64,000 nucleotides of DNA from Eledone cirrhosa (taxonomy: Eukaryota): contig OZ024746.1 in assembly GCA_964016885.1 (NCBI GenBank), positions 67,084,001-67,148,000 of the forward strand. Reading direction: 5' to 3'. This document shows, piece after piece, positions 33,090 to 44,774 of the stretch. Each line of letters begins with the position of its first letter. Position 1 is the stretch's first letter. The notes below the pieces were generated by a model that had not been told where the DNA came from, made no database searches, and saw only the letters and a program-made list of their open reading frames with translations. The translations under genes and the position numbers were made by a program.

Positions 33090-33327
33090 TAGTAAAAAGG
33101 AAAAGGAAATGCTGACAATTTTTTCCCAGTGAAAAATAGTTTAATTAGGAATAAGTATAAATTAGTAATAAGTATTGGTTAGTATTCAGTTTTAGTTTTA
33201 AGTTTTTACCGGTTGCGAATTTCTAAGGCTTTTCAAAAATAATTTTGAGATAGAGCGCTCGTGATGCTTGCTACATGAGGAGCGCTCTATCTCAAAATTA
33301 TTCGTGTGTCACACCTCTATTTTTTAA

Positions 33328-33330
<3 letters not shown>
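33090..33330 (-). mobile_element. Family C copy
   Basis: Homologous to 10369-10560, with a small hairpin at ~33238-33302 and a tail GTGTGTCACACCTCTATT shared with 11672-11690. Confidence 0.7.
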
Positions 33331-33397
<67 letters not shown>

Positions 33398-33853
33398 GGG
33401 GAGAGAGAGAGAGGGGGGAGAGAGAAAGAGAGATTTAAATTCAATATATTTGTTAAAAGACGTCCTGTTGCCTAGTATAACTAGAGAGTAAATTGCCTCA
33501 TATTTTCACTGTTTACACATAACGTTATAGGTATAACATTACTAATAAAGACGAGAGAGCGATCAAAGTGCCAACGTAATGATGTCTTGCGCCAATAAGC
33601 CCAACCCAAGGCCATATATACCACACAATATTTATCAAGTGGGGTTATTTGTGTATTGCTATGTTTGGTAAATTGCATATGTGTGTGTATGTGTTTAAGC
33701 TAGTGATCAGTGCTATGACTGTGTCTACATGCTATTATATTCATACTGCAAAGTATCTGCTCGTGTAATCAATACAAATTGCAATATTATTAATATAATA
33801 CATTTTTTACTACTTCATTATTTACGCGCATATGAGCGTATTTGTTTATTTGT

Positions 33854-33897
<44 letters not shown>

Positions 33898-34091
33898 ACA
33901 GTGCTCCGGTGTGTGTATATATATGTGTGTGTGTATAAACGTAATGAAAGGTTAACAATTCGTCCTTGCATTATTATCATATTACACTCTGCTCATCTCG
34001 ACATCTCACTACTAACGTGAACCTAAACATCTAGTACTCGGCAGGCTGAACTTACAGTAACTTCACGTTACACTCCCTGAATATATATATT

Positions 34092-35424
34092 ATTAGCCAC
34101 AGGGGCACAAAAGAAGAGGACAAATACAAAGGGGGAAGTTTACATACAATAAAAACGTGTAAAATGTTATCACAAATGCAATTAAAAAAGTTAGTCGATT
34201 TTCCCCAATAGGGGAGACAGTTTATATGGGTAACACATACCCCCGAAAAAATGTGAAACCCTCATCTCCAGGAATACGAAGAGTTTGTACTCCTTTCCTC
34301 TCCTCCTCCTTTTCCTCAACCTACAGGCTGATATAGAGAGAAGGCCCATTCACTCGGGCCATTCTCGCCACTTTCACCGACCTTTCATAAAACTTGCTGG
34401 GGTACAGCACCTCTCTCTCCATCCTGATTCTTCTTCCAAAGTGGTATTTGAAAAAAGAATCAGTTGTTGGCCGGAGAGAAAGGTGTCTGACCTCAGCCCT
34501 TTCAACCTTGTCCACCATACAACCTCTTTCGCCATAGCTATCACACAAAGGAAAACCGCCTCTCCTTCGTTTTTGAAGGAGTGTGGCGGTTTGATCATGA
34601 CAATGGACTCGGTGGTCAACCGGATTGGTCCCACCCGCGACAATAGTCGTTCTACATAGCCCCACAGGTCAGTGACGCCCGGGCAGTGTATGAATGCGTG
34701 CGCGACGGTTTCTTTGTCTCGCACGCACCTCGGACAGATCTTTTTTGCAGGGTCCCTGCCCGGGCGCCCATGTCTGTAGAGCTTGTCTCGAACTGGTAGA
34801 GCTCCTCGGTAGCACTGTCAGGCCAGGGACTTTTGGAAGTTGTCCATCGGTCCCGGGCGGAAGGTCCTACCGAACAGACTGGCCAGTTCATCTTCCTCTA
34901 CGCCTAGAGTTTCACCGAGCGCGTCGTCGCACTTGCTGGGGATCAACCCTCTATAGAATGACGAAGTGGAGTCTCTACTGTTCGCCGCGTCCGCCTGCCA
35001 GAGGGCTGTGAGCACCTGAGCACATTCGATGTGCCAGTCGCCCATTTTCCTCGGTCTTTGCTTGACCCAGGACTGCAGCTCGGTCAGCGAGACAAGTCGT
35101 GGGAAGGCTCGCCTCACAAACGAGGCCCACACCGGTTGTCCGGTGAGGAATACGTAGAGATGCCGCAGCCTGAGCGCGTGTTTACGCATCGTCAACCACG
35201 GTATCCCCAGCCCTCCATTAGAAGGGTGTTGGCAGCAGATGGATCTTCTCACCAAAGGAGCCCGCCTCTTCCAAAGGAATTGGAAGAGCACGCGTTCTTT
35301 TTTGGAGCGAGCGTTTTGGCTGGACAAGGCACGACGGTCAAGCGGTAGTAGATGGCGGACGCTATAAAAGTGTTCGCCACCTCCGCTCGACCTTTCAAGG
35401 ATAGTTTGCACTCGGCCCACTTCT
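34092..35424 (-). mobile_element. L1/Tx1-type LINE, 5'-truncated
   Basis: ORF2 C-terminus: FLWKRRAP..GGLGIP, zf-RVT-like CPRCVRDKETVAHAFIHC, and a 3' UTR shared with 58616. Frameshifted. Confidence 0.85.
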
Positions 35425-35448
35425 TGTAGATAGATTGATAGATAGATA

Positions 35449-35862
35449 GAAGAAATTAAAAGATGGTTAAAAATGTTCCATATATTTTATTATGCGCATT
35501 TCGAAAACAACATCATCCTGGGACAAAAATTGTGTTCTCATCAGATAAAATACAATAACGTGATATGAGGCCTAAAAACACTTGTGAATAAGAAAGTGTC
35601 CAGTCAACATATGTTGACTGGACACTTTCTTATTCACAAGTGTTTTTAGGCCTCATATCACGTTATTGTATTTTATCTGATGAGAACACAATTTTTGTCC
35701 CAGGATGATGTTGTTTTCGAAATGCGCATAATAAAATATATGGAACTTTTTTAACCATCGTTTAATTTCTTCTTTATATACTCGTGTTCTACCAACTGTT
35801 GAGTGCTACTTATCTGATATATGCATAGTTTTATTGTTCTATAATATTACTCACCTCCTCCA
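35449..35862 (+). mobile_element. Fold-back family E with type I HHR
   Basis: Palindrome ~35449-35772 (apex ~35610). HHR at 35670-35737: ATTTTAT-CTGATGA-..-GAAA-TGCGCA-TA-ATAAAAT. The tail has TACTC..TT-GAGTG. Homologous to 52125-53035. Confidence 0.8.
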
Positions 35863-35955
35863 TATATATATATATATATACAAAAATTATGAAACGAAAG
35901 GAGCTGTGTAGTTACTAAAAACAAGGTTTAGGATGGTGGTTAGGACGGAACAGGA

Positions 35956-36155
35956 GGAGAAAGGAAGAAAGGAGTTTCCATCGTCAGCTGTAAATGTTTC
36001 CCGAACCGATGTTTCGGCGCTGAATTACAGGGAGAAGGGAAGAAAGGAGTTTCCATCGTCAGCTGTAAATGTTTCCCGAACCAATGTTTCGGCGCTGAAT
36101 TACAGGGAGAAAGGAAGAAAGGAGTTTCCATTGTCAGCTGTAAATGTTTTCCGAA
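35956..36155. repeat. 75-bp tandem repeat (~2.7 units)
   Basis: Units start at 35956, 36031 and 36106. Confidence 0.9.
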
Positions 36156-36501
36156 TATATATATATAAAGAGAGAGAAAGAGAAGTATAGATATATACAT
36201 AGTGCTACACACTCAGTAGTTCTTTTAAATCTAGTGTATAATTAATAATGCATTAAACATTATATGCAGATATGAATATAGTGAATACAAAGCCATATAT
36301 TACGTCCATGTTGTTGAACAGAGAGAAGCATGCAGATACATACATTGATACATATATATTAGCTACAGGTCTTTATATCTAAATTCATATATGTATAGAA
36401 AAAGTAAATTTTGGAATACCTATGAATATGCAGGGATATGAGTATTCCTTTACAGACACACACATGCATACACTCACACACGCATAAAATAAATATGTAT
36501 C

Positions 36502-36550
<49 letters not shown>

Positions 36551-36552
<2 letters not shown>

Positions 36553-36752
36553 CGAAAGAATTGTGGTAAGGAACCAGATGGACCATAACGCACCAGAGTA
36601 CTCAATACTTAGGGTAGAAGAGCGGGTAATAGGAAAAAGTATGACCCTGACGGCAGAGCTCAAGCCGTTTCGACGGCTATTTCTGGACTAGAAATAGCCG
36701 TCGAAACGGCTTGAGCTCTGCCATCGAGCGTCGAGGTCATACTTTTTCCTAT
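36551..36752 (-). mobile_element. Family A copy
   Basis: Near-identical to 497-693. Confidence 0.75.
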
Positions 36753-36771
36753 ATATATATACATATATATA

Positions 36772-36826
<55 letters not shown>

Positions 36827-36939
36827 ATGTGTGTGTGTGTGTGTGTGAGTGTGTGTGAGTGTCTATCTATATATGTCTCTGTGTGTATAAATAAATAATC
36901 AAATAAATATATATATAAGTCTAAACTCTGTCTTAAGAC

Positions 36940-37160
36940 AGAAGGCTCATTTGGCCGGTGCTTAGCCCGGTTTCATCGCGTGAAGCGACTGAGAGTACAA
37001 GACTTCCCATGGACAGGACGCCAGTCCATCGCAGGGGTTAACCCGCACCTATTGCTGGTACGCATTTTCAGCTGAGTATACTGGAGCAACGTGAAATTAA
37101 GTGTTTTGCTCAAAGACACATCAGGAATCGTAAGTCCAACACCCTTACCACTAGGCCGCG
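36940..37160 (-). mobile_element. Second tRNA-derived SINE family (CORE/V-domain-like body)
   Basis: The minus strand has an A-box-like head GGCCTAGTGGTAAGG, then TGTGTCTTTGAGCAAAACACTTAA and CCTGCGATGGACTGGCGTCCTGTCCA. Confidence 0.65.
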
Positions 37161-37721
37161 TATATATCTCCACACACATACACAAGCACACACACACGCA
37201 CGCATATATATATGTGTGTGTGTGTGTGCGTGTGTGTGTCCGTAACACACATGCATACATACATAGAAAATTATATAAAGTAAGATTACATCGTGTATCA
37301 GTAAAAGTTGGATTCCAATCCCTTTCACCCGGATTCTCATCAATCAACTTTGCAAGATATTGTTTCATATTTCATATATTCGCCCTACTCTGCAAATGAG
37401 ATACTGGGTTTAATTTTTCATATGAGGAAACAGGATGAAATGGACCTCCGTTGATTTCGAGCATGAGTGACCCAGCAGATGAAATTTGGTTGACCGTGAC
37501 TTTAAGTTTCGACTGTCGTGGCATATTTATGTTTCTGTTGTATATTTGAATCTAGAAATATTCTAGATACTTCTCATGAATAAAAGTTCTTTTTTCTCTC
37601 TGATTCAACAAGACAAATATTTATATATCATAAATCCACATGGTACACGGACACACACACGCACGGCCACACAAACGTATACATACACAAAACACACACA
37701 CATATATGGATGTATATGTGT

Positions 37722-37777
<56 letters not shown>

Positions 37778-37778
<1 letters not shown>

Positions 37779-37975
37779 GGAGGTCCCGGGTTGAGTCGGG
37801 GATAACCACAGTAAGTAAGGTACTCAATACATGGCAGAGTAAAATTTTTTATTTTATTTTATAGAAGGAGCTTCTACAGGACTAGTAGTGTTTCATTCAG
37901 ATGAAATCTTCAGGAAGCTTCCTGAAGATTTCATCTAAATGAAACAGTACTAGTCCTGTAGAAGCTCCTTCTATG

Positions 37976-37978
<3 letters not shown>
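37778..37978 (-). mobile_element. Fold-back family D copy with back-to-back HHRs
   Basis: Hairpin ~37860-37975 centred on GAAGCTTC. The + arm reads AGCTTC-CTGAAGA-TTTCATCTAAAT-GAAA-CAG..CTG-TA-GAAGCT (37916-37966). Confidence 0.75.
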
Positions 37979-38064
<86 letters not shown>

Positions 38065-38067
38065 AAT

Positions 38068-38115
<48 letters not shown>

Positions 38116-38127
38116 ACATATTTATAC

Positions 38128-38310
38128 ATAACGTCGACCCACCTAGCAACAATATATGCATATGTATCTGTATGGCTCTTGGGTTGAAAAGGAGGTCATA
38201 TATGTGATCATTCATTAATAAATTGGTCCGAAGAATCCAAACCTCGGTTTGGAGGAAACAACTATAAGCATATAAATGATTTGAACAGAACTTTGATTAT
38301 TATAACTTAT
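38128..38310 (+). mobile_element. Short HHR-bearing element (family F; second copy ~50962-51110)
   Basis: CCGAAGA-A-TCCAAACC-TC-GGTTTGGA-G-GAAA at 38228-38258. The copy at 51023-51069 reads TGCT-CCGAAGA..GAAA-CAATTG-TA-AGTG. Both lie in (TA)n. Confidence 0.6.
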
Positions 38311-38364
38311 ATATATATATATATATATATAAATATATACATATATATATATATATATATAAAT

Positions 38365-38603
<239 letters not shown>

Positions 38604-38785
38604 TATATATACTTACATACATATATTTCACGTTGCTCCTTCTACCTGGAGTTGCGACCGATAGATAGTACTAACAACTGGAAAGACCAACGGAATCATT
38701 GTTTCCTCGGTCCGATTTGATTTTGATGTATATATATATATATATATGTGTGTGTGTATGTATGTATGTAAAATAACACACACAT

Positions 38786-38849
<64 letters not shown>

Positions 38850-38860
38850 CTGTGTAAATT

Positions 38861-38911
<51 letters not shown>

Positions 38912-39019
38912 AAATATGCACACAGATGTATATATGTATAAATATGCATATATATATATATATATGTAAATTTATATATATATGTATATATATGCATATA
39001 TATATATGCATATATATGC

Positions 39020-39118
<99 letters not shown>

Positions 39119-39479
39119 TATATATTTATAAATATATATGTATTGTTACGTTGCTGTTCAATGCCTCTAACGTTTACCATTATCGGTTTCTTGTATTTAA
39201 TTTTATGAAATATTCTCTTTGTTTATATCAGTCTTATTATCTTCTCTAACAAAGCTCTATAACACTTAGATACTTTTTCATATTGTTTATTTTAATTATG
39301 AAAGAACAATCTATATATCTTTATATCGTTATGCAAATTTCATCATACTGTTCTCTCACTATCTACCTCTGTCTCTGCCTCTTTCCAATATATTCTCTCT
39401 CTCACTTTCATATATGTATATAAATCTATATTTTTTCTTGGTGCAATACTTGCTTATATTATATATCTATATATCTATA

Positions 39480-39559
<80 letters not shown>

Positions 39560-39593
39560 CGTGTGTGATTATATATATGAGTATTTATATATA

Positions 39594-39628
<35 letters not shown>

Positions 39629-39899
39629 TTATATGTGTGTGAATATATATATGAGTATTTATATATATATGCATATACATATATATATATATATATATGT
39701 GTGAGTGTGTGATTATATATATGAGTATTTATATATATATGCATATACATATATATATATATATATGCATATATATATATATAGCATATAAATATGCATA
39801 TATATGTATATATATATATACAATATACACTCGTATACATTTATATATAGGGTGTATTTATGTGTTTTCATCTAGATAAGTATGTACACCACTCATACG

Positions 39900-39942
<43 letters not shown>

Positions 39943-39944
39943 TT

Positions 39945-39983
<39 letters not shown>

Positions 39984-39990
39984 CATATGA

Positions 39991-40050
<60 letters not shown>

Positions 40051-40088
40051 ATGTATATATATATATATATACACATATATATATATAT

Positions 40089-40151
<63 letters not shown>

Positions 40152-42483
40152 ACACCTAACCAGATAAATCTTTACTACAGGGAAATTAATTTCATACTCC
40201 AGTATTATATCTATCAATGTTTCGTTTGCTTTGATGTTTTTGCCAACATTCCCTTTTTGTGAGTCTTTTTATGATACCCCTATTTTTTCTATCTACCTTT
40301 TTATTTTGTTTCTGTTTGTCTTTTTTGCTGGTCGTTTCTATAATCGTTATAGCTTTTGTTCAACGATTTCTTTATTTATTTATATGTCTATTCATTCATA
40401 TGTAAATTTTAATTTTATTATATATTTTTGTTCCCTTCCTCAGACATATCTGTTACGGGTCTCTGTGTTGTATCTACTATTTCATTATTGTTGCTTTTGG
40501 CCTATAGTGAATGAGCAAATGAAGAATAAAACGTTAGGAGGAGGAAATGTTTGAGTATTGTTTTTTTTTCTCTTGTAGACGATTCATCAGAGATTTTTTT
40601 TTTTTTTTTTTTTTTTGTATCACTTGATGAGGAAATTGAACGTTTATTGAGAAGTACCGACATTCAGTTAGTTTGGTTAAAATTCTAATGAGGGAAGGTG
40701 GGAGTGATATATACGTTTGTTTGTTTGTGTTTGTTATATGCCTCTAGTAAACAAGTTACAGCATGAGCATCCTATTCCTTTTAAATATTACATTGGGTTT
40801 ATAAAAATATCAGTCCATGACAGTGGGTGTGCGGACACCTTAGTGTCGAAAGAGATACTTGTGTTATTTGTGCAGGCCCTTTGCGTTCTGAGTTAGAATG
40901 CCATTATGTCATTATAGACTTAATCTATCAGTCGATGTAGCTTAGAATCTAAGGTCCTAGATGACTTTAGCAGATTCAACTCTACTGCAGGTATCCATTT
41001 GAATGCTTCTTAACTCCCTTCCACCAGTCTAGGATGTGCCTAATTAAACAATAAAGGCACAGTTCAATATACATCGTATCATCTTATTTTGCCCCGACTT
41101 TATCTATTCTCACACATGTAAACACTCATCAATATAATATCGCCCATATGATGGTAATTAATAATTTTAGTCTTATAAATGAACATTACAAAAAGACAAC
41201 GTAACATCTTCAAAGCAAGAGGTATACTAGTCCTATGAATGTGTAAATAAAACATTACTATTATATCTAGTACTATTTTTTTAATGTTTCGTATTCGAAA
41301 ATGTTTATTATATTTTTTTAACACCTTTTAGCAATATTGTGGATTATTAGTATTTCTATTATCATAACGATTTTTGTTGTGTCTTTCCTTCCTCTCGTCG
41401 TTCTCTGTGTGAATGTGAGTGTATACATTTGTCTCTGTACATTTCTGAGTGTGCGCGTGCCTGTGAGAGTTTGTGTTTGGTTATTTGTATGTCTGTGTGT
41501 TTGCGTGTATGTGTGTGCATGTGCTAGTACGTGTGTGTCCGTGTGTGTGTGCGAATGTGTTATATATTTTATGATCTGCTCTGCTTTGTTTTTTTTCGTT
41601 TTTTTCGGGTAACTGTGTCATTTTTTGCAACCCATGATTTATATCGGAACGTCATAATCATGTTTAACCTTACCATATTTGAAGCTCAGCATATCGAGGG
41701 TAATCCATGCTTCTTTCTTTCTTGGGTTAACTTCAAGAATACATCTGGAATGTGTTTCCTGGAGTAGGTCTGATGTATTTAAGACGATTGTATATTATAT
41801 TTATTGAAATCGGTGATCTCTAGGGTTATAAAGTGAACATATACTTTTGTTTCAATTCTGCCTGTGGCACCAAGTAAAAACCTGTCATATTTAGCAGTGA
41901 TTTACGTTACCTTTCCTATATCTAATGATATATAACACATTTAATACTTGTATTCTTATATTCCTCTCTACATACATATTTCACTTATTGTTGATTAAAA
42001 TAAAATGTAAATATCACTAAAGCCATTCTGTTCTGTGTAAGAAATACGAACGATTGTATATAGTCTTTTTCGGTCTTTCAACATAGAACATTTTTCAAGT
42101 TTGCTCCATTTTTTACCCGGAATATTCTTGGTCTGAATTATTGCAATATTATTTATGTTTCCCGTGTGTACTACATTTCTTAAAGTGAAATTACAATTAT
42201 TTAAGCTAAAACATGAATTTTTACATAAGCCAGGATAACATCTATCTCCATAACTCAGGCAAAAAAAAAAGAGTTTAAATATTTTGTTGGGAAATAAAAT
42301 CTCAGTTTTTGCTCATTATTTTTTCGCTCTTATTCTTTCATCTAGAATGACTGAGGGGGTTATCTCTGCTGAGCTGTTCAAGCTCGTTATTTGGACCATG
42401 GAGCTTATGTGTTGAATTTAAACAATTGCATGTATTGTAGTTATTAAAACTATCAAGTACCTACATTCGCTCTTATGTATCAT

Positions 42484-42630
42484 TGGGTAATTGCTGGCCT
42501 TGTGCCTAAAGTAGAAACAATTATTGGCAGTATCGGTAGAGCATCGGACACCATGCTTTGCAGCATAGAATTATGTATCTTTACGTTCTGATTTCATAAA
42601 CCACCGGTCGATAAATAAAGTACCAGCCAG
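42484..42630 (+). mobile_element. SINE fragments (3' end followed by a 5' part)
   Basis: GGGTAATTGCTGGCCTTGTGCCTAAAGTAGAAACAATTA, then TTGGCAGTATCGGTAGAGC. Confidence 0.7.
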
Positions 42631-43536
42631 TAATTTCAGTTAATGAAAAGAAGTATGTTATTTATTTGTGTAACTTGACCAGTAAATCTAGAATATTTTA
42701 CAAATTACTGTATTAACATTATACATGTCGTAAGCGATGTTATTCTCGTGGTTGAATGATCAGTTTTACAATTGAAGAAACACTCAGTAATAGAAATCTT
42801 TTGTTTTCCATCCAACCTCGTTAACCGAAATATTTACGTGATAAACAGCGTTTCCATCTCATTACCTAAAATTGAATTTACACGTTTTTTTTTCTCACGC
42901 AAGTACTAATAAAAATAAATAAAAATGAAATTCATGACCTACGATTCACTTTTTCATTATTTAACCTTTTCTAAAAAGATCGATGGATTTAAAGATTAAA
43001 CCCCAAAAAGTTATATGAGAGATTACCGTCACATAGGTCACATCTACTATGTAGTTATACGGTTATATTTATACATTAGCACACAGTTCAGCACACACAC
43101 GCATACACACATCCTACTGATTATTCTACACACACTCTCAGTGCCAACACACACTCTCATACACGCAATGGCAAGATTTCACTATACACACAAATTCAAA
43201 ATGCGCAAAAGAAATAGTACAGGTCTAAAACATGACATGCACACTTTCACACGCACAAAGAACTTTAATAAAACAGACAAACTCACATATCACATACAGA
43301 CTCAAACGCACAGACATTCCACTTTCGCACACAAAAACAGTTATATACGTGCCCATAGTCTACACTCTCCCACATTCACACATGAAAAACTACGTACACA
43401 CACAAAGTGAAAGTATTTTTACATCTGCACATGCTTTTATACATATTTTTTTTTAGGTTTATTTTCGGAATGGCTGCCTTGCGCAATAAATTACATGTAG
43501 CCTTATCTTCTTTTCTTTTGGTGTTTCCCTCTCTAT

Positions 43537-43709
43537 GTTGTTGTTGTTGTTTTTGTTGTTGTTGTTTTTGTTTTTGTTGTTGTTGTTGTTGTTGTTGTTG
43601 TTCTTCTTCTTCTTCTTCTTCTTCTTCTTCTTCTTCTTCTTCTTCTTCTTCTTCTTCTTCTTCTTCTTCTTCTTCTTCTTCTTCTTCTTCTTCTTCTTCT
43701 TCTTCTTTC
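43537..43709. repeat. Compound (TTG)n-(TTC)n microsatellite
   Basis: Seen directly in the sequence. Confidence 0.95.
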
Positions 43710-43711
43710 TG

Positions 43712-44390
43712 CGATTGCACTTAATTCAGCTTCCTGGCTTCCATCACTCGTCAACACAAACCCTAGATACTTGAACTTCTCTGCCTGCTTCAGTGGAACT
43801 CCATACACATGTAGTGTGCACTGCACACGCTTCTTTGACAGGAGGAACATCTCAGTTTTCGCAGAACTGATTTTCATTTCTCCCATGCAGTACTCGGCCG
43901 GCATCAAACCTATCGACTGCAGATCAGAGACCACTTTCTCTGGAGATAAATGACACCATATAGTCTGCAAATTCTGACCGACAGATTATACACCTGGCAG
44001 TCATGATATTACTTCCAAGCTGGCTGCGCATTTCAATCCTGTCCATGTAAATAATGATTTCTACTATAGGCACAAGGCCAGTAATTTGGGAGAAGGGGAA
44101 AATCGATTAAATTGACCCCAGTACATTACTGGTGCTTTACTTTATCGACCCCGTAAAGATGAAAAGCAAAGTTAACCTCGGCGGGATTTGAACTCAGACC
44201 GTAGAGGGCCGTAACTCTATGCTGCAAAGCATGGTGTCCGACGCTCTACCGATACTGCCAATCCACCGCCCTTCTCCATGTTAATAATGAAAAGGAGAGG
44301 TGACAGTAGGCACCCTTGACGGAGTCCGACTCATACATTGAAAGCTTTCGATTTAGCACCATTTATTCCAACAAAAATACTCGGGCATTC
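43712..44390 (-). pseudogene. RTE-type reverse transcriptase fragment interrupted by a SINE
   Basis: VGINGAKSKAF..GLRQGCLLSPLLFII / IIYMD..FADYMV..MKISSAKTE..EKFKYLG. Confidence 0.8.
44058..44274 (-). mobile_element. Full-length tRNA-derived SINE with 16-bp TSD
   Basis: A-box TGGCAGTATCGG and B-box GTTCAAATCC. TSD TCCATGT(A/T)AATAATGA at 44042-44057 and 44275-44290. Confidence 0.9.
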
Positions 44391-44655
44391 TGTTTTCATT
44401 CAAATATTTTTTATATTTTTCCAAACGAAGGTGCTTTCCCGAAACGTAACTATTTCCAAATCTCCAGAGCGGTGAAATAATAATTTTAAATTTAATCTTA
44501 TGTTGTCTTTGTGTTATTACTTTCATTATTATTACCCGACCTGTGGCTCAACACATACAATACAGAATACCCTTCAAGGATGACGGAGTTCATAGAAAAA
44601 ATAAAAAATAAATATGTGTATATATCAGCATGTATATGTCACTGTTGTAACTAAT

Positions 44656-44742
<87 letters not shown>

Positions 44743-44774
44743 ATAATAATAATAATTATAATAATAATAATGTT

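Noticed and set aside
41700-42200. Very decayed PLE RT traces on the minus strand (GRIETKVY-like)
   Set aside because: Too short and disrupted to call without a profile search.
43376-43970. Poly-E/Q, poly-R/T, poly-S and poly-F proteins
   Set aside because: These are frames through the (TTC)n/(TTG)n tract. Only the RT-like portion is a real remnant.
44058-44274. tRNA gene
   Set aside because: A and B boxes are present, but the sequence is multi-copy with a non-tRNA body and TSD, and I see no cloverleaf. It is a SINE.
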